From the NCBI GenBank assembly GCA_965113315.1, contig OZ220367.1: DNA of 64,000 bases; one strand, 5' to 3'. The stretch is from Podarcis vaucheri (taxonomy: Eukaryota). Of this stretch, positions 11,768 through 24,100 are shown piece after piece (position 1 is the first letter of the stretch; each line of letters starts with the position of its first letter). The notes under the pieces were generated by a model, which saw nothing but the letters and a program-made list of their open reading frames with translations, was not told the origin of the DNA and searched no databases. Both the position numbers and the translations under genes were made by a program.

Positions 11768-12679
11768 CTGCAATCTTCTCTTCTGCTCACCCCAGACTAG
11801 TTCTCCATTGTTTTTCCCTGCACACACCCACAACTCCCCCCCTTCCTCTGGCCTTCTCATGCCTTTTGAGTGCAGTGCTGGTGCCACTGTGAGCCTGTAG
11901 GAGTGTGACTGAGGCCAGCCTGGCTGACATTGCGGAATCACTCCATACCCACTGCTGTATACTCCTCACTGCCTAAGAGAGTGAGTGTTCTTCTGTCCAT
12001 GGCTCCCTCTTTGGAGCCTATTCACTCCAGGCAGCACAGTCACTCCAGAAGGGGTCCATCCCTGTTTCCCAGGCTACTCTTTTATTCAGACACTATTTAA
12101 AGAATCATGTACTCAATAATCAGATGGACAATGGGGATTGGTTTTAGATTCTTTCTGGGCCTGGTGCCATGGAGATTGCAGGAGTCCAGAAGGGGGTGTC
12201 CCTTAGATGGGAGTCACAGAGACTGTGAGGTCCCCAAGGGCCTCCCCAACTTGGGGAGTGCTGTAAGACAACTGATGGGTCTGATCCGGGACCAAGACCT
12301 TCTGCCGCTATCATGTTAACATCCAGCACAAAGATCTTGTCTAGCAGAAGTATGTCGGCGGCATACTGCAAAGTAGCAGTAAGCAGTGGAGCAGCTCCTC
12401 TCTTCCCCTGCCCCACCTTCCCTCACTGGGGTGATGCATGCCAACCAGGACATGGCAGCATGTCTGAATGCTGGGCTGGGGTTGCCCAGTGTGTCATGGA
12501 TTTGCATGGGAAAACCCTCTTCTCCACGCTGTCTGACTGGTTTGACTGAGCCATCTTCCTGGCTAGAGCTGCGATGGTGGCACCCGTTTTGCGTACTCTT
12601 CCCAATACACGTCTGTGAACTCAGTGTCCTGTGTTGCCTGTATTTGTCTGTGCCACAGCTTTGTGACTTCTAGAAGTAC

Positions 12680-12685
12680 ATTAAA
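12680..12685 (+). terminator. Probable PFKL polyadenylation signal (ATTAAA)
   Basis: ATTAAA about 910 nt after the stop, followed about 20 nt later by a GT/T-rich downstream element (tgtgtgtgttttcagtttgattcttgttt). Confidence 0.6.
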
Positions 12686-12929
12686 AGAAATCAATGAACC
12701 AAGCCTGTGTGTGTTTTCAGTTTGATTCTTGTTTTCAGTTTGATTCCTGTTTGGGGAAACTGTCTCTGACCTCACAGCATGGGATGGGCTAACAGGAATG
12801 ATGCTGTCCTGTGCTGGAATACCAGCCTTATGCACCCTAAGTTCTCCATTGGGGGAGAAGTTGGAACACAATGAAGGAGGGACAGGGAAGGTGATGGGTC
12901 TTCTGCCTCTAGTCTCCTCATGATGAAGA

Positions 12930-13080
12930 CATAAGAACATGGGAAACTTCCTTATGCTAGATCACACAGTTTGTCCCTCAAACATTGTCTGCTCTGGCGG
13001 GCAACAGCTTTCCAGGGTCTCAGACAGATCCAGTCAGATGTCAAGAACTGAACCTGCTAAGCCTGTGCCCTGAGCTATGT
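12930..13080 (-). mobile_element. Decayed SINE of the same family as 9111-9298
   Basis: Reverse complement of the tail (cataagaacatgggaaacttccttat) and of the head (ctgagctatg). Confidence 0.5.
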
Positions 13081-13148
13081 ACTCTTCCACTAAGCCATGG
13101 CTCATCCCTGATAAGAATAGCTTGTCAGGAATGTCAGCCTAGAACCTC

Positions 13149-13300
13149 ACATGTGTGGTGCCATGGGTCAGTGTGTCTGCCTGTTAACCAGAAGGTTGGT
13201 GGTTTGAGCCCACCCAGGGATGGCTGTGGACAGGATTCCAGCATTGCATGGGGTTGGGCTAGATGACCCTGGAGATCCCTTCCAACGCTTCAGTTCTGTG
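13149..13300 (+). mobile_element. tRNA-Asn(GTT)-derived head fused to a CR1 3' tail (SINE-like retroposon)
   Basis: tgtggtgccatgggtcagtgtgtctgcctgttaaccagaaggttggtggtttgagcccacccagggatg aligns to vertebrate tRNA-Asn-GTT with CpG decay; followed by attccagcattgca..ctagatgaccctggagatcccttccaac..ttctgtg. Confidence 0.75.
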
Positions 13301-15293
13301 TTTATTTGAAATGAGAATCATACCCCTAGACCAAGACACCTGTTATTTTCTAAACCTTTTCCTTACTCCACGCCACTCTTGGAATGCTTTCTTCCACCAC
13401 TTCCAGAATTACAAGACATTTAGGATCAAATATCAATAGATGGGTTGTGTCTTACATTACACACAGGTAGAATCTTATACCTTTCACGGTGCCTGGCTGC
13501 TTTAACACCCACATCTTCAGGAAGAGCATGACAGGTTCTGGACATAAATCCCAGTGAGATTACAATGCAGCGTACTCATAGCACACCATGTTGGGACAAT
13601 TAACCAGCCAACTCAGTTGCACTTTCCCTAGAACTTCTGGTGGATGTCAAAAATTACTGAGATGAATAGGCCCTGGACTATGCAAGAGGGAAATTGTTAG
13701 TCATTCCTAATTATTTAGTACAGGTTGTTTTTGTGGGGGTGGGGGGTGGGGAGCCATAGGACTCAAGGTAGTGTTCTGTGCTGGGCCCACATACGAACAA
13801 GAAGTTCATCAAAAGGAATGTACAATGATAAGCACAGCACCCAAGGATATACCAGAATTCTCTAAATGAGGTCAGTCAAGTTGGCAGGTGGTGGATAGCC
13901 TCCTCCTCCCAAGTGTGAACAGGCTGATCCTCAGAGTCATCAGCTCACTGCTCTGGTTTGCAAAACCTGATCTTGTGTCTATGTGAAGTTAACTACTGTG
14001 CAGAGAAAATGGGGGCAAGTTGCTTGGTTTGCTCTCACAACCAAGGCCAAAGCATAAAAGCAATTGGTGGAACAATTGCTTCACATGGAAAAGAGTGACA
14101 ACATGAAACATTTCTGCTGTCGCTTTGGAGATAACTAGATCAATTCAGGCGCACCTGCTCCTCCCTCTTTCAGCACTAGTCTACACTCATGTTAGTACCT
14201 GGTATAAACTTAATATGCACTGCTCACAGGGCTGCTTTGCAGTTGCTTAAAGCAGTGTGGGGGGGGTTCCTAAGGGCAAATATGGTAGCTCCCCCTAGAG
14301 TTACCTCAGCCACACACCCTCTCCAGCCCTACTCTCTACCCTCTTTTGTGTGTTTTCACATAGCTGGATTGTGGCCTTGAACTCTGATAGTGCCTCCTGC
14401 TTTCCTGAATGGAGGAAGATAGAGCATGTGTAAAACTCGCCTGCTGTACAAAGATAACATTCACATATGTTCTATAAACACACTTTATGCTGTAGACAGA
14501 AAGAAGGTAAGCCTGGTTTTGTGTTCAAGGAGGGGAGCAAGGATCTTCTCTATGCTTCTCAGTTATTTGGCAAACACACAGAATGAGACAACACCCAAAA
14601 AATTCAGAGAAAGCTATAACAAAATAAACTTTTCCCATAACCTATATTTCCTACATTAGTAAAACCTACACTGATTGGAACATAGCTTTTGATTTTTAAG
14701 GAGCCCTATTCTATTTTCCAGAACACATTAATGGCATTCACAATTGATACACCCTGCACTAAGAACTGTCCCTGCTGTCCCTTTTGAAAGTGCCTTCAGT
14801 TGCTGATACTTCAACACAAACTCAACTGGAGTCTTTGCTGTTTTTTCTCTCTTTTTATTGCAGACCTAAAACTGCATTTTTTTCTCTACAGTTATTAGTA
14901 CAAACCTCAAAAGAAGAGTCAATTAGAGATTCATGAGTAGGAGCAATTAAAATAAGTGAACAAATACATCTTTGCCAGTGTGGAGAATTACAAAATAGCA
15001 TGCAAGTCCCCTTTTATGGCTCATTAGTCTGGTTGTAACCGATTTCAGATTCCTGGCACCCTAGAAGAGGCTACCCTGGGACATATCAAGGTTCATTTTA
15101 CAGTCCACTTCTAAAGAAGAATGAGATATTCTTCAGGGTGACAGGAGTTCAGTATGAAACCGTTTTATGCTGATTATGGTTATACTGGAATACAGATGAG
15201 TCAGCCTGCAGGAGCAAATTTTAGTCCATGCAGTCCAAGAGAATGTCTTATCTTGCAGCCCAATCCTAGGCACGTCTACTAAGAAATCTAGTT

Positions 15294-15432
15294 CAGTGTT
15301 TCCCAAACGTGGGTCTCCAGATAGTTTTTGGACTACAACTCCCATCATTCCTAGCTACAGCAGGACCAGTGGTCAGCAACGATGGGAATTGTAGTCTAAA
15401 AACAGTTGGAGACCCAGGTTTGGGAAACACTG
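15294..15432. mobile_element. hAT MITE with 8-bp TSD, inserted into an older short palindromic repeat
   Basis: TIRs CAGTGTTTCCCAAAC / GTTTGGGAAACACTG; TSD ATCTAGTT at 15286-15293 and 15433-15440. Confidence 0.88.
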
Positions 15433-15861
15433 ATCTAGTTCCTTCAGAGTTGTATATTCCTAAGTAAGTGCCGAAGGATTACAGTCCATACATGCCAATA
15501 GTATTTGGCATATAGGAGGTTTGGAGCATGCAGTCACCAGTAGACTGATGATACTCAGCTGTTTGTCTGTTGTACCCAAATCAGGAGGTGCCATGCAAGG
15601 TCTGGACCAGCGCCTTGAAGCAGTGATGAAGACCAAGAAGCCATATCCTTAAAAGACAAATCTTGTGGACCCAGGGACTGGGCAATAATGCATGTTCTGG
15701 GCAGGGTTGCATTTGTGAATGCATAGATCCGAGGTGCTCCTTGATCCATCCTTGTCACTGTAAAGTAGCTATAGCGGCTCCACCATCTTTTACCAGCTTG
15801 GGCAGGTACCCCACTTATCACGTCCCTACCTACTTGCCTTTTTTAAAAAAAGGTCCCACTT

Positions 15862-16045
15862 TGGAACCTTTTCTCATAGGGGAGTTGCTCTAGTCCCTTG
15901 GTCATTTTGGTTGCCCCTTTCTGCATCTTTTTCCAGCTCTATAATATTATTTCTCCAGAACTGGACACCGTATTCCAACTATGGACGCATAATAGATCTG
16001 TTATGATTATGACACGGGCATTATGATTTTGGTAGTTGTGTTTTG
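15862..16045 (-). mobile_element. CR1 LINE ORF2 fragment
   Basis: ttggtcattttggttgcccctttctgca..ttccagctct..ccagaactggacaccgtattcca is the reverse of the CR1 LEY.VQFW...LE.VQ.RATKM region. Confidence 0.7.
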
Positions 16046-17528
16046 GTAGTGGCTTTCTAACAGCTAATTGTATTACGTAATTATGCTAAGCATTCCTTTG
16101 AATACAGTGAAATACTTGCACTAGGGTAAACCAGTATTACTTCACAAATGGTCTCTCCTGTGATGAACCTACATCCTTTACAAGATGTTGGATTTCTACT
16201 GCAACACAGATCTCAAAAGAGAAATCGGATTCCTCAGAGAATACTCAGCTGGTAAATATTACTCAGGCTTTGCTGGTTGGCACATTGGCCTTCAGCTCAG
16301 TTTTTCCACAAGTAGCTCCTTACTAGTTGTGTCGTTATCAAACTGAGAGCCATTCAGAGGCTGGCACCCGTGGCTTAAAACCTTGTGAACACTGCCCTCT
16401 CCATGCCCTGAGAGTCATTGCTACTGCTTCTTCAAACAAGTCTTATTGCTTAGGACAGGGGTGGAGAACCAAAGGGGTCAGCCCTTCACAGGTCAGTTTG
16501 ACAGATGGGTGTGGACATCCACTTGTCACATGGTATCAGGTGAGTGTAACTTCAACCTAGGACTGCAGAGGAAGAACGGGAAGCACTTTCTAAAGCCACA
16601 GCTTTTTGAATTTGGTGTGCGGAAGAGAAAAAGGTGTCAAAAACAAAGAGTGCCGAATTTTGCCTACAAAGGAAGATTCAGGAACTACAGTTTGAACTTT
16701 CCCGCACCTGATGTCACATATAACATCTTGTGTAGGAAAAAGTGGCCATGACTTGCCAAAAGTAGCATTTTGGGCCTACCTCTGAGGATCAGAACTCAGA
16801 GCTTGCTTGTACCTGTGTAACGTCCATCCACTCCAAGAGACACAGAAATGGGGGGGGGGGGAGGCAGGAGAGAAAACCATCACTACAAAGTAAGCAATTC
16901 TCAATTGGTGCCATCTATCCAGAGGTGGAGGGCAGAAATATCAGATCTGTGTTTTATATGTAATCAGAGAAAACAGATCCCTTGGTTGAGACATATTTGT
17001 AACCAGAATTATTAGGAAAAAATATTATTCTTTTAGATACTGTAGTTAAGAGCTTCCTATTACAAGTAAGAACACACTACCTGTAAGTTACTTAGCAGCA
17101 TCCACTTAAAGTGTGCTGGTGTGCACCAGATGCAGCTTGACAGACTAAACACAACGGAGCCGATACTATATTGAGCAGAGACAAAGTCTGTATTGTTGTT
17201 GGATTCAGACTTTAATACACTTCCTGAACCATATACCATCAACCACACCTCCCCTGGTCCTTCCGTCACAACAACTAAGTAAACTTGCTTTTTCTCTTTT
17301 TTTAGGTTACTGTGAAGATTAAGCAAGCAAGTGGCAGAAGAAAGTCAAGGCAATATCCAAAAGGTGCAAGACCGCATTCTAATCAAGTAAGAAACAAGAT
17401 ATTCCATTATACAAATCCAGAATTCTGACTACAGGTGACATTCTTGTTAAGTCCAAATCACTATTTAGAAAAGAAGGAAAGGTGAAGAGAAAGCCTAGAA
17501 GTTTGCCACTAAATTTGAAGTTCAATGA

Positions 17529-17534
17529 TTTATT
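17529..17534 (-). terminator. Candidate CFAP410 polyadenylation signal (AATAAA on - strand)
   Basis: tttatt on +, about 515 nt past the stop codon. Confidence 0.45.
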
Positions 17535-18048
17535 TTTTTAAAAAAAGTCTCAGTTTTTGTGTAAATCAGGCCTTGAGATCAAGGATCAGAAGCTCCTGAC
17601 TGCAGGAGGATGGCGGCATCATAGGGATTTGTGTTCCAGTATTAAGACTATGCTAACAGATCAGCAGCTTTGGCTGACAGATTCACAACTGAAGCAAGAC
17701 AAGGAGTGATTTTCTTCTTCTACTGGGGAGGCACTAAGGAGAAGGCAGGGCCACAAATGCTGACCCCTTTTTCCATATGACAACTACTTGCTGTAATTCG
17801 GTGTACACTTGTTTGCCCCTCACTGCCAAAGGCTTTTGCAGGTTGCTGGGTAGCAGTTGCATAGATGCAGGCACACACGTTGTGATTGCAGAGGAAAGCA
17901 TGCCTTAGAGCATGGTCCGAGTGCATCATGCACAAGGAATGTATGACGTTTCTTCCTGTGTTCAGTAGCACATCCCCACACTAAGCCCAACAGCACAGGG
18001 CTGGTGATGCTAGTTCCGCTGATCCACAAAACAGCTGCCTCGGATTCG

Positions 18049-18177
18049 CTATCGGTCCTCATGGAGTTCCTTCTTTTGCAAGGCTTGGAGCTTGTTCCCA
18101 GTTGTTTGATGGACAACTTCTAGTCCATCTGAATCAAGCTCTTCTAGGAGCATCATGATGGCATTGAGGATGTTGTT
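18049..18177 (-). CDS. CFAP410: CFAP410 last coding exon
   Basis: cag|[45 protein letters not shown]; conserved C-terminal helical domain. Confidence 0.92.
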   Translation of the reverse strand, partial: NNILNAIMMLLEELDSDGLEVVHQTTGNKLQALQKKELHEDR

Positions 18178-21100
18178 CTGTTAACCCAGGACACACAAGA
18201 CAAAGGGATCAAAAATGGGTCAGGAAATTCACTACTTTGCTAAAGTCTAGTCTCTACTAGTACTTGACCTGCTTAGGGAAGTTTTTAATGTTTAATGCTG
18301 TACTATGTTTTTAATATTTGGTTGGGAGCTGCCCAGAGTGGCTGGGGAAACCCAGCCAGATGGGCGGGGTATAAATAATAAATTATTATTATTACTGACC
18401 ATACTTTGCCCTCTCAATTTTCTTACACAAACATGGATCAGAGCAAAGGCTCGTCTTGATCAACAAACTGTTCTCACAGTGGCCAGCAAGATGCCTCTGA
18501 GAAGCCCAAACACGTAGCAGAACTCCCTTGCTTATAATCTGCAGCAACTACTGCTCTTGAAAGCAATGCCGTCCCATCTGCAGGACAACACCACAAGACC
18601 AGGCATCTTTCAACAGGGGCACTTGGTTTACTGCTGCTTATGGCAAAATATCTCAGGATGAGGTCAATTAATGCATGAGTCAGAACAGGCTACCTTTTGA
18701 GAGTCTGCCAGTTATGTTATGATATGAATCTGCCCTTCCCCTCCCAGACTGCAAGGGCAGATCAGTTACTTAGAATTAACCATGGGATGAGGAAGCAAGG
18801 CCAGCCAGCAGTTTCTTCCCTGTAGCCAAGACCTGCTTTACCAGGGGAGAGAGAGATAGCAACTCCTTCCTACTACTCAGCAGCACATGGTGAGGTGGAG
18901 CTGCCCTCCAGACACTGGCACTGCTGCGGCTTCGCTTTATGGGGTGGCAACAAGATCAGGGTTGTATGGGAACAGTGCCATCCAACCAAAGCCCCTGCAA
19001 CTGCACAGTTCTGACTTCACCACCACCATGCCCCATCCCCATCCAGGTTTTCAGCAATGGCCCCAGTGTTGTGAGGGTAGCTCTCCCTCATGCCACATGC
19101 TGCTGCACAGGGACAGCAAATTATTCACACATATCCAGTTTACCCTACCTATAGGACCCTGCAGCTTTCCAAAGAAGCAGGACCAAGCTATTCCTGACTT
19201 GAGCGCCACAGCAGGGCTTAGCTCAAAGCAGTGGCATAGCGCATCACGCACAAAACACAGAGAGAACTACTGAGAGTGGGGAAAGGTTCTCACACGCACC
19301 CGTTTCTTTCGGTTCCCCTCCATCTGCCTAGGGCACAAGGAGACAAACTTCTCCCTCGGAGCAACAGGCTTCATCCCAAGCTGCTCGCGGATTTTACTGG
19401 GCAGGATAAAAGGAAGAGAAAAAGGAAATAAGTAAAGCAGCCATATGGAAGCACCCACCAGCGCTATCGGAAATGGCAGAGAATAGCTGCTCCTACTGGA
19501 CACAAGAGATCAAACAACAAGAGCATTTCAAGACACGAGCTCTTGGCGTCCCACACAATAACACACTATGTGAATTTACACAGGAAGAGGGAGAATCTCT
19601 GTGTTAAGGCGGACATTCTCTAGCAGGAATGGGGAATCTGTGGTCCTTGATATGTTGTTGGGTTTCATCTCTCATCATCCCTGATGACTGACCATGTTAG
19701 CTGGGGCTGATGGGAAATGGAATTCAACAACATACCACTGTACTGTGGAGAGTGTATTAACTTATGGTCTGTGTGTGTGGTTTGGGGAGCTGCATGGCCA
19801 GGGAGAAAACAATGATGTCCAGGGTTGTAAAGACTGCAGAGAGAATAATTGGTGCACTCTTCCCACCTTAGATCAAATCTATGCTGTTAGGTGCCATAAG
19901 AAAGCTGCAGAGATAGCGCAGGATAGTACACAGCCCGGAAATTATCTCTTTCAGCTTCTGCCTTCTGGAAGAAAGTATAGGGTCATAAAGACCAGGACTA
20001 GCTGCCTGAGAAACAGTTTCTACCCAAATGCAATTCTAGTTTTAAACGTAGTATAAGGAGTTTCTATAGGAGTATATTGTATTTTAAAATGGGATTTCAG
20101 AGTTTAAAGGGGTTTTTGAATGTCTTATGTAGATTTTTCAATTGCATTGTTCTATATGGGACAATGACAATAAAGATATCGTATTGTATCGTAGCAGGAG
20201 AGGCACAGGTCTCCACCCCTGTTGTGTATTAATAAAGTTGCAATAAAGAAATACCACCAGCAAGAAAGAGAGCCCTTCTCACTTTGTCTCCTCCAAGGTG
20301 AAGTTCATGACTTCATTTTCATTCTCTGCTGTAGACTCCGTTACACTGGATTCAGTGGTGGAGTTTTGGCAGAAGTTTTCCATGTCCAATTTGGCCGGGG
20401 GTGACGTTATCTCTTCCCCTTCCAGCAGGGAATGGGACAGTTCTTCCTCTGTCACCACTGCAAATATCAGGAAAAAAGCAGAGAGAGCATTTTTGTTAGA
20501 CGAGCTCAGTGCTCTAGGGCTGGCACAGGGAGCCCTTGTGGGCTAGTTCTTTACTTGCAAGGGGTTTCCCACATGGGTAGTATTAAGAAAATGGGATCCC
20601 CAATGGTAGGATTCTACCACCACCACATGTAGACCTAAGAGAAGTTTAAATCAGCAAATGCAAAACACCAACAGAGGCAGGGCAATTTGCCGTAATACAC
20701 ACTCCGATTGTCAAGCTTCTGGAGATTCGGAAGGTTGCGCAGCACCGTCATCCGATAGCGATGAGGATCAGGACCACAGCAAGGGTTCTCAGAGAGCCAG
20801 AGGATTCTCAGGCGGGGCAGCTTCTTCAGGTGGAACAGCTCAAGGAGGCTTGCAATGTTGTTCCTCCTGAGATAAAGCTCCGTTAAGTTCTGGCACTGGT
20901 TCATTGGCTCCAGGCTGGAGATGTGATTTGCACTATTGGAGAAAGCAAAGGAAAGCTGGAAACTAGATGCAAGTGTTATCAGCTGTATCAGGCTTGCATG
21001 ACATAAGGCTCATGATCTGACTGCGATTCCCCAGGAGAAATACACAGCACTGCTCTGTCTCTCTGCAGGGGGACATATGAAGCCTCATGACAGCAGTATG

Positions 21101-24100
21101 GCTGACACACGATGCAGCAGATCAAGTGCTGTTTCAAAGTCTACCCTCCCACCCCCCTTTCTGCTGGTTACCACTGGCTTAGGTCTTGCTGGTACAACCC
21201 ACCATCTGGGCAGTCACATTAGATCGCAGCTCCTTGACAGTGGGGCTTCCCCACCAATGCCACCAGCTCCCTCAATGACAGAAGATGATGTAGCCAGGCA
21301 GAGCTGGCTGCTGCATCCAAACCCCCTCCAGCAGAATAGACAAGGGGTTTGGAGGTCATGCTAATTTACAACTACAGACAGTATTGTTTATACTACCGTT
21401 TTATTTAGTTTTATTCGTTTATTAAATTTGTATACCACTCTTCATCCATAGAACTCAGGGCTGTCCACAACTTTCTTACAACCAAGTCTTGCATCTCTTT
21501 ATCACACTGTCTATATTTTGCATGGTTTCCTTCTAAAAAACAACAACACACCTTCTCTTTCAAATATATTTTAAATATCCCCACATAGGGTCTTTCTTAT
21601 GGTCAGCATCTGTAACAGTTTGCAGGGTTAATAGCAAAATTCTATTTACTAATAATAGGTCCCTCTTGTGTTCAAGGAGGCTTTCTCCCAAGTAAGTGGG
21701 AGAAAGGAATATAGGAACATGCACACTGCACAATTTTGCCTTCCGTTTTCCTTTCTGGTATTGCTCCTTTCGCTTTCACCTGACATAGCCCCACCCTCAC
21801 AGGAAAGGAAGCAAACAAAACTTGAGTGCCCATCACTGACAGGGAAAAGAAGGGCTGATTGTAACTGGGAAGGCTAAAGCTGTTTATTACCATCAGGTGA
21901 AGATGAAGTGCCGATGTTCAGCAGGGGCATGTGTAAATGTTCACATCCAAGAGATGATCAGAATGGATCTTAATTTACAATCTCCACGTACAAGGCACAG
22001 ATTTGTTTAGAAATAAACTGTATAGGGCTTTTTACCAAGCCCCCCTCCCGAGTTGACTAGCCTGGAAAAAAAATATTAGCCAGCTGAGGGGTTGTCAGAT
22101 GAAGAACTGGGAGCTGCATTTCTATGCTGAGTGCACAGGAAGAACAGATCACTGCACACATCCTCCACCTCACTTGTGTGGAATTCTTGGTAGCCATTGG
22201 TGACCAGGCCACCTTTGAAAGTTTGAGCATTACACCGATCCTGGTCTGACTGCACTGGCTACCAATTAGTTTCAGGGCCCAATTCAAAGTGCTGGTTTTG
22301 ACCAGCTCAGGACCGCAATACCTCAAGGACTGCCTCTTCTCATATAAACCTATTCGGGCCCTGAGATCATCTTCCGAGGCCCTTCTTTGTGTGCCTCCTC
22401 CTAGAGAGTTTCGGAGGGTGGCAACACAAGAATGTGCCTCCTCTGCAGAGGCTCCCTGTCTGTGGAATGCTCTCCCCAGGAAAGATTGCCTAGCACTTTC
22501 ATTATATACCTTTAGGCACCAGGCAAAAACATTTCTTGTTAACCAGGCCTTTGGCTGATTTGATTGAAATCCTATGCTGTCATAAAATGTGAGACATACA
22601 AAGAGCGTGTGGCAGAAGGCAGGCAACCCAACAACCAATCAAGGTAAGAAGATGAAGAAAAAGAGTCAAAATGCTACGCATTCTCAACATGGTAAATAGC
22701 CTGGACTGGTTAGGTTTTCAAGGGAGAGTCCTATTCATCCTCAGAAGGGAGATTTTTTATTTCCCCTGGCTTGATTTGTTAAGCCAACAATTACCTTTTA
22801 ACAGACTGCAACACATACCTGAACGTGATCACCTCAATGTTGGGAAGCTCACGGCAGATAGAAATCTAGAAAAAGAGAATCAAGCAGAAGAGAAGCTTTA
22901 GCAAACTTTAGCAGTCTCTTGTTGGTGGGGCAGGGAGGAAGTATGTAGCTTGCTAACTGACCCAGTAAGCCTGTTAGAAATGTTAGGCACTCATACTGTA
23001 AGGTTTTTTTCTTGTACCATTTATTTAACTTAAAGCCAAAGAACTCTGAATCAACCAATATTTTAAAAAATAAATAAATCCCAGGACTACAGGGCTGGAA
23101 AGGCCACCTGTGTCAAGGCAGGGTGCTCTGCTTCCAAATTACTTACAAAAGATTAGTATCTCTTTTCTGACAACAGTAGCTTCCTAGGGTCTTAAGACTG
23201 TGATCACTCTGATCTTTTCCTGCCAGTAATCATTTTAAGTTGAAGCGTCAAGGATCAAGCCTGGAACCTTCTGAATGCAAAAGCATGTACTCTACCCATG
23301 AGCTATATCCCTTAATGGAGATCAGTACAGGCAGTGAAGGCTCTGGGTCCATTACAGCCATCATGTCAATACCGTAATTCCCAGTTGGCCGTGAAAGCTA
23401 GGCCAAGACAAAGCACAGAGAGGCGGCATCTCAAGGAAGCCAGACAGCTCTTTTGTTTCATACTTACTGACAATGCCTGCATGAAATAGTGGCTGCTGAT
23501 ACTTGTGCCAAGCTACTGTAAAGCCACCTCATCACATCCTTATTTCTAGTATACTTCTAGTATAGAAGTATAGTTCTAGAAAGAAGCAAAAAGGATCAAG
23601 TTATTAACTTTTGCTTCCTCCTTGGAGCTGGTCTCTCTCTCTCTCTCAGTTTGATTTCAACAAGGAATGGCTAAGAACCACTCCTGACCGCATTCCTTCC
23701 TCTGCTGGGAAAATTCAAGTGCTATAATTGATATGAAGACCTTGCCATATCTGCTAATCGTAGGATGACTGGACCATTTCCCTTTTCCAATAACTAAAAC
23801 ATGCAGGAGAAAACTGGATTCTATGCATCCTCTCACTATAATTAGCTTCTGAAGACAAGCAGAAAGCAAAAATTTTGAGATACACTGACTGTTCAACAAG
23901 TAAGGTATACAAGGGGGAGGGACATCCAAATTCTCTGCTTCTATCCTTTAAAACAACAACGGCAAACACCATGCCAATTCACTGCTTTTTTAGAAAGTTA
24001 GGAACAACACTTACATCTGAGATGCGGCTGCCCCTAAAAGAGAAAAACAATATTTTTAATAGGTAAAACAGATCATGCACTTAAAATGCTGAAACAGTAT

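Noticed and set aside
11765-11800. Stop-codon readthrough of PFKL
   Set aside because: The context TAG CTG is not the known TGA CTAG motif, and the short extension has no targeting signal
13149-13222. Possible functional tRNA-Asn gene
   Set aside because: CpG decay disrupts stems and the B-box (ggtttgag); it is fused to a CR1 tail with no T-run terminator
22057-22638. 193-aa minus-strand ORF within a CFAP410 intron
   Set aside because: Antisense reading of an L2 fragment; not needed for the CFAP410 frame
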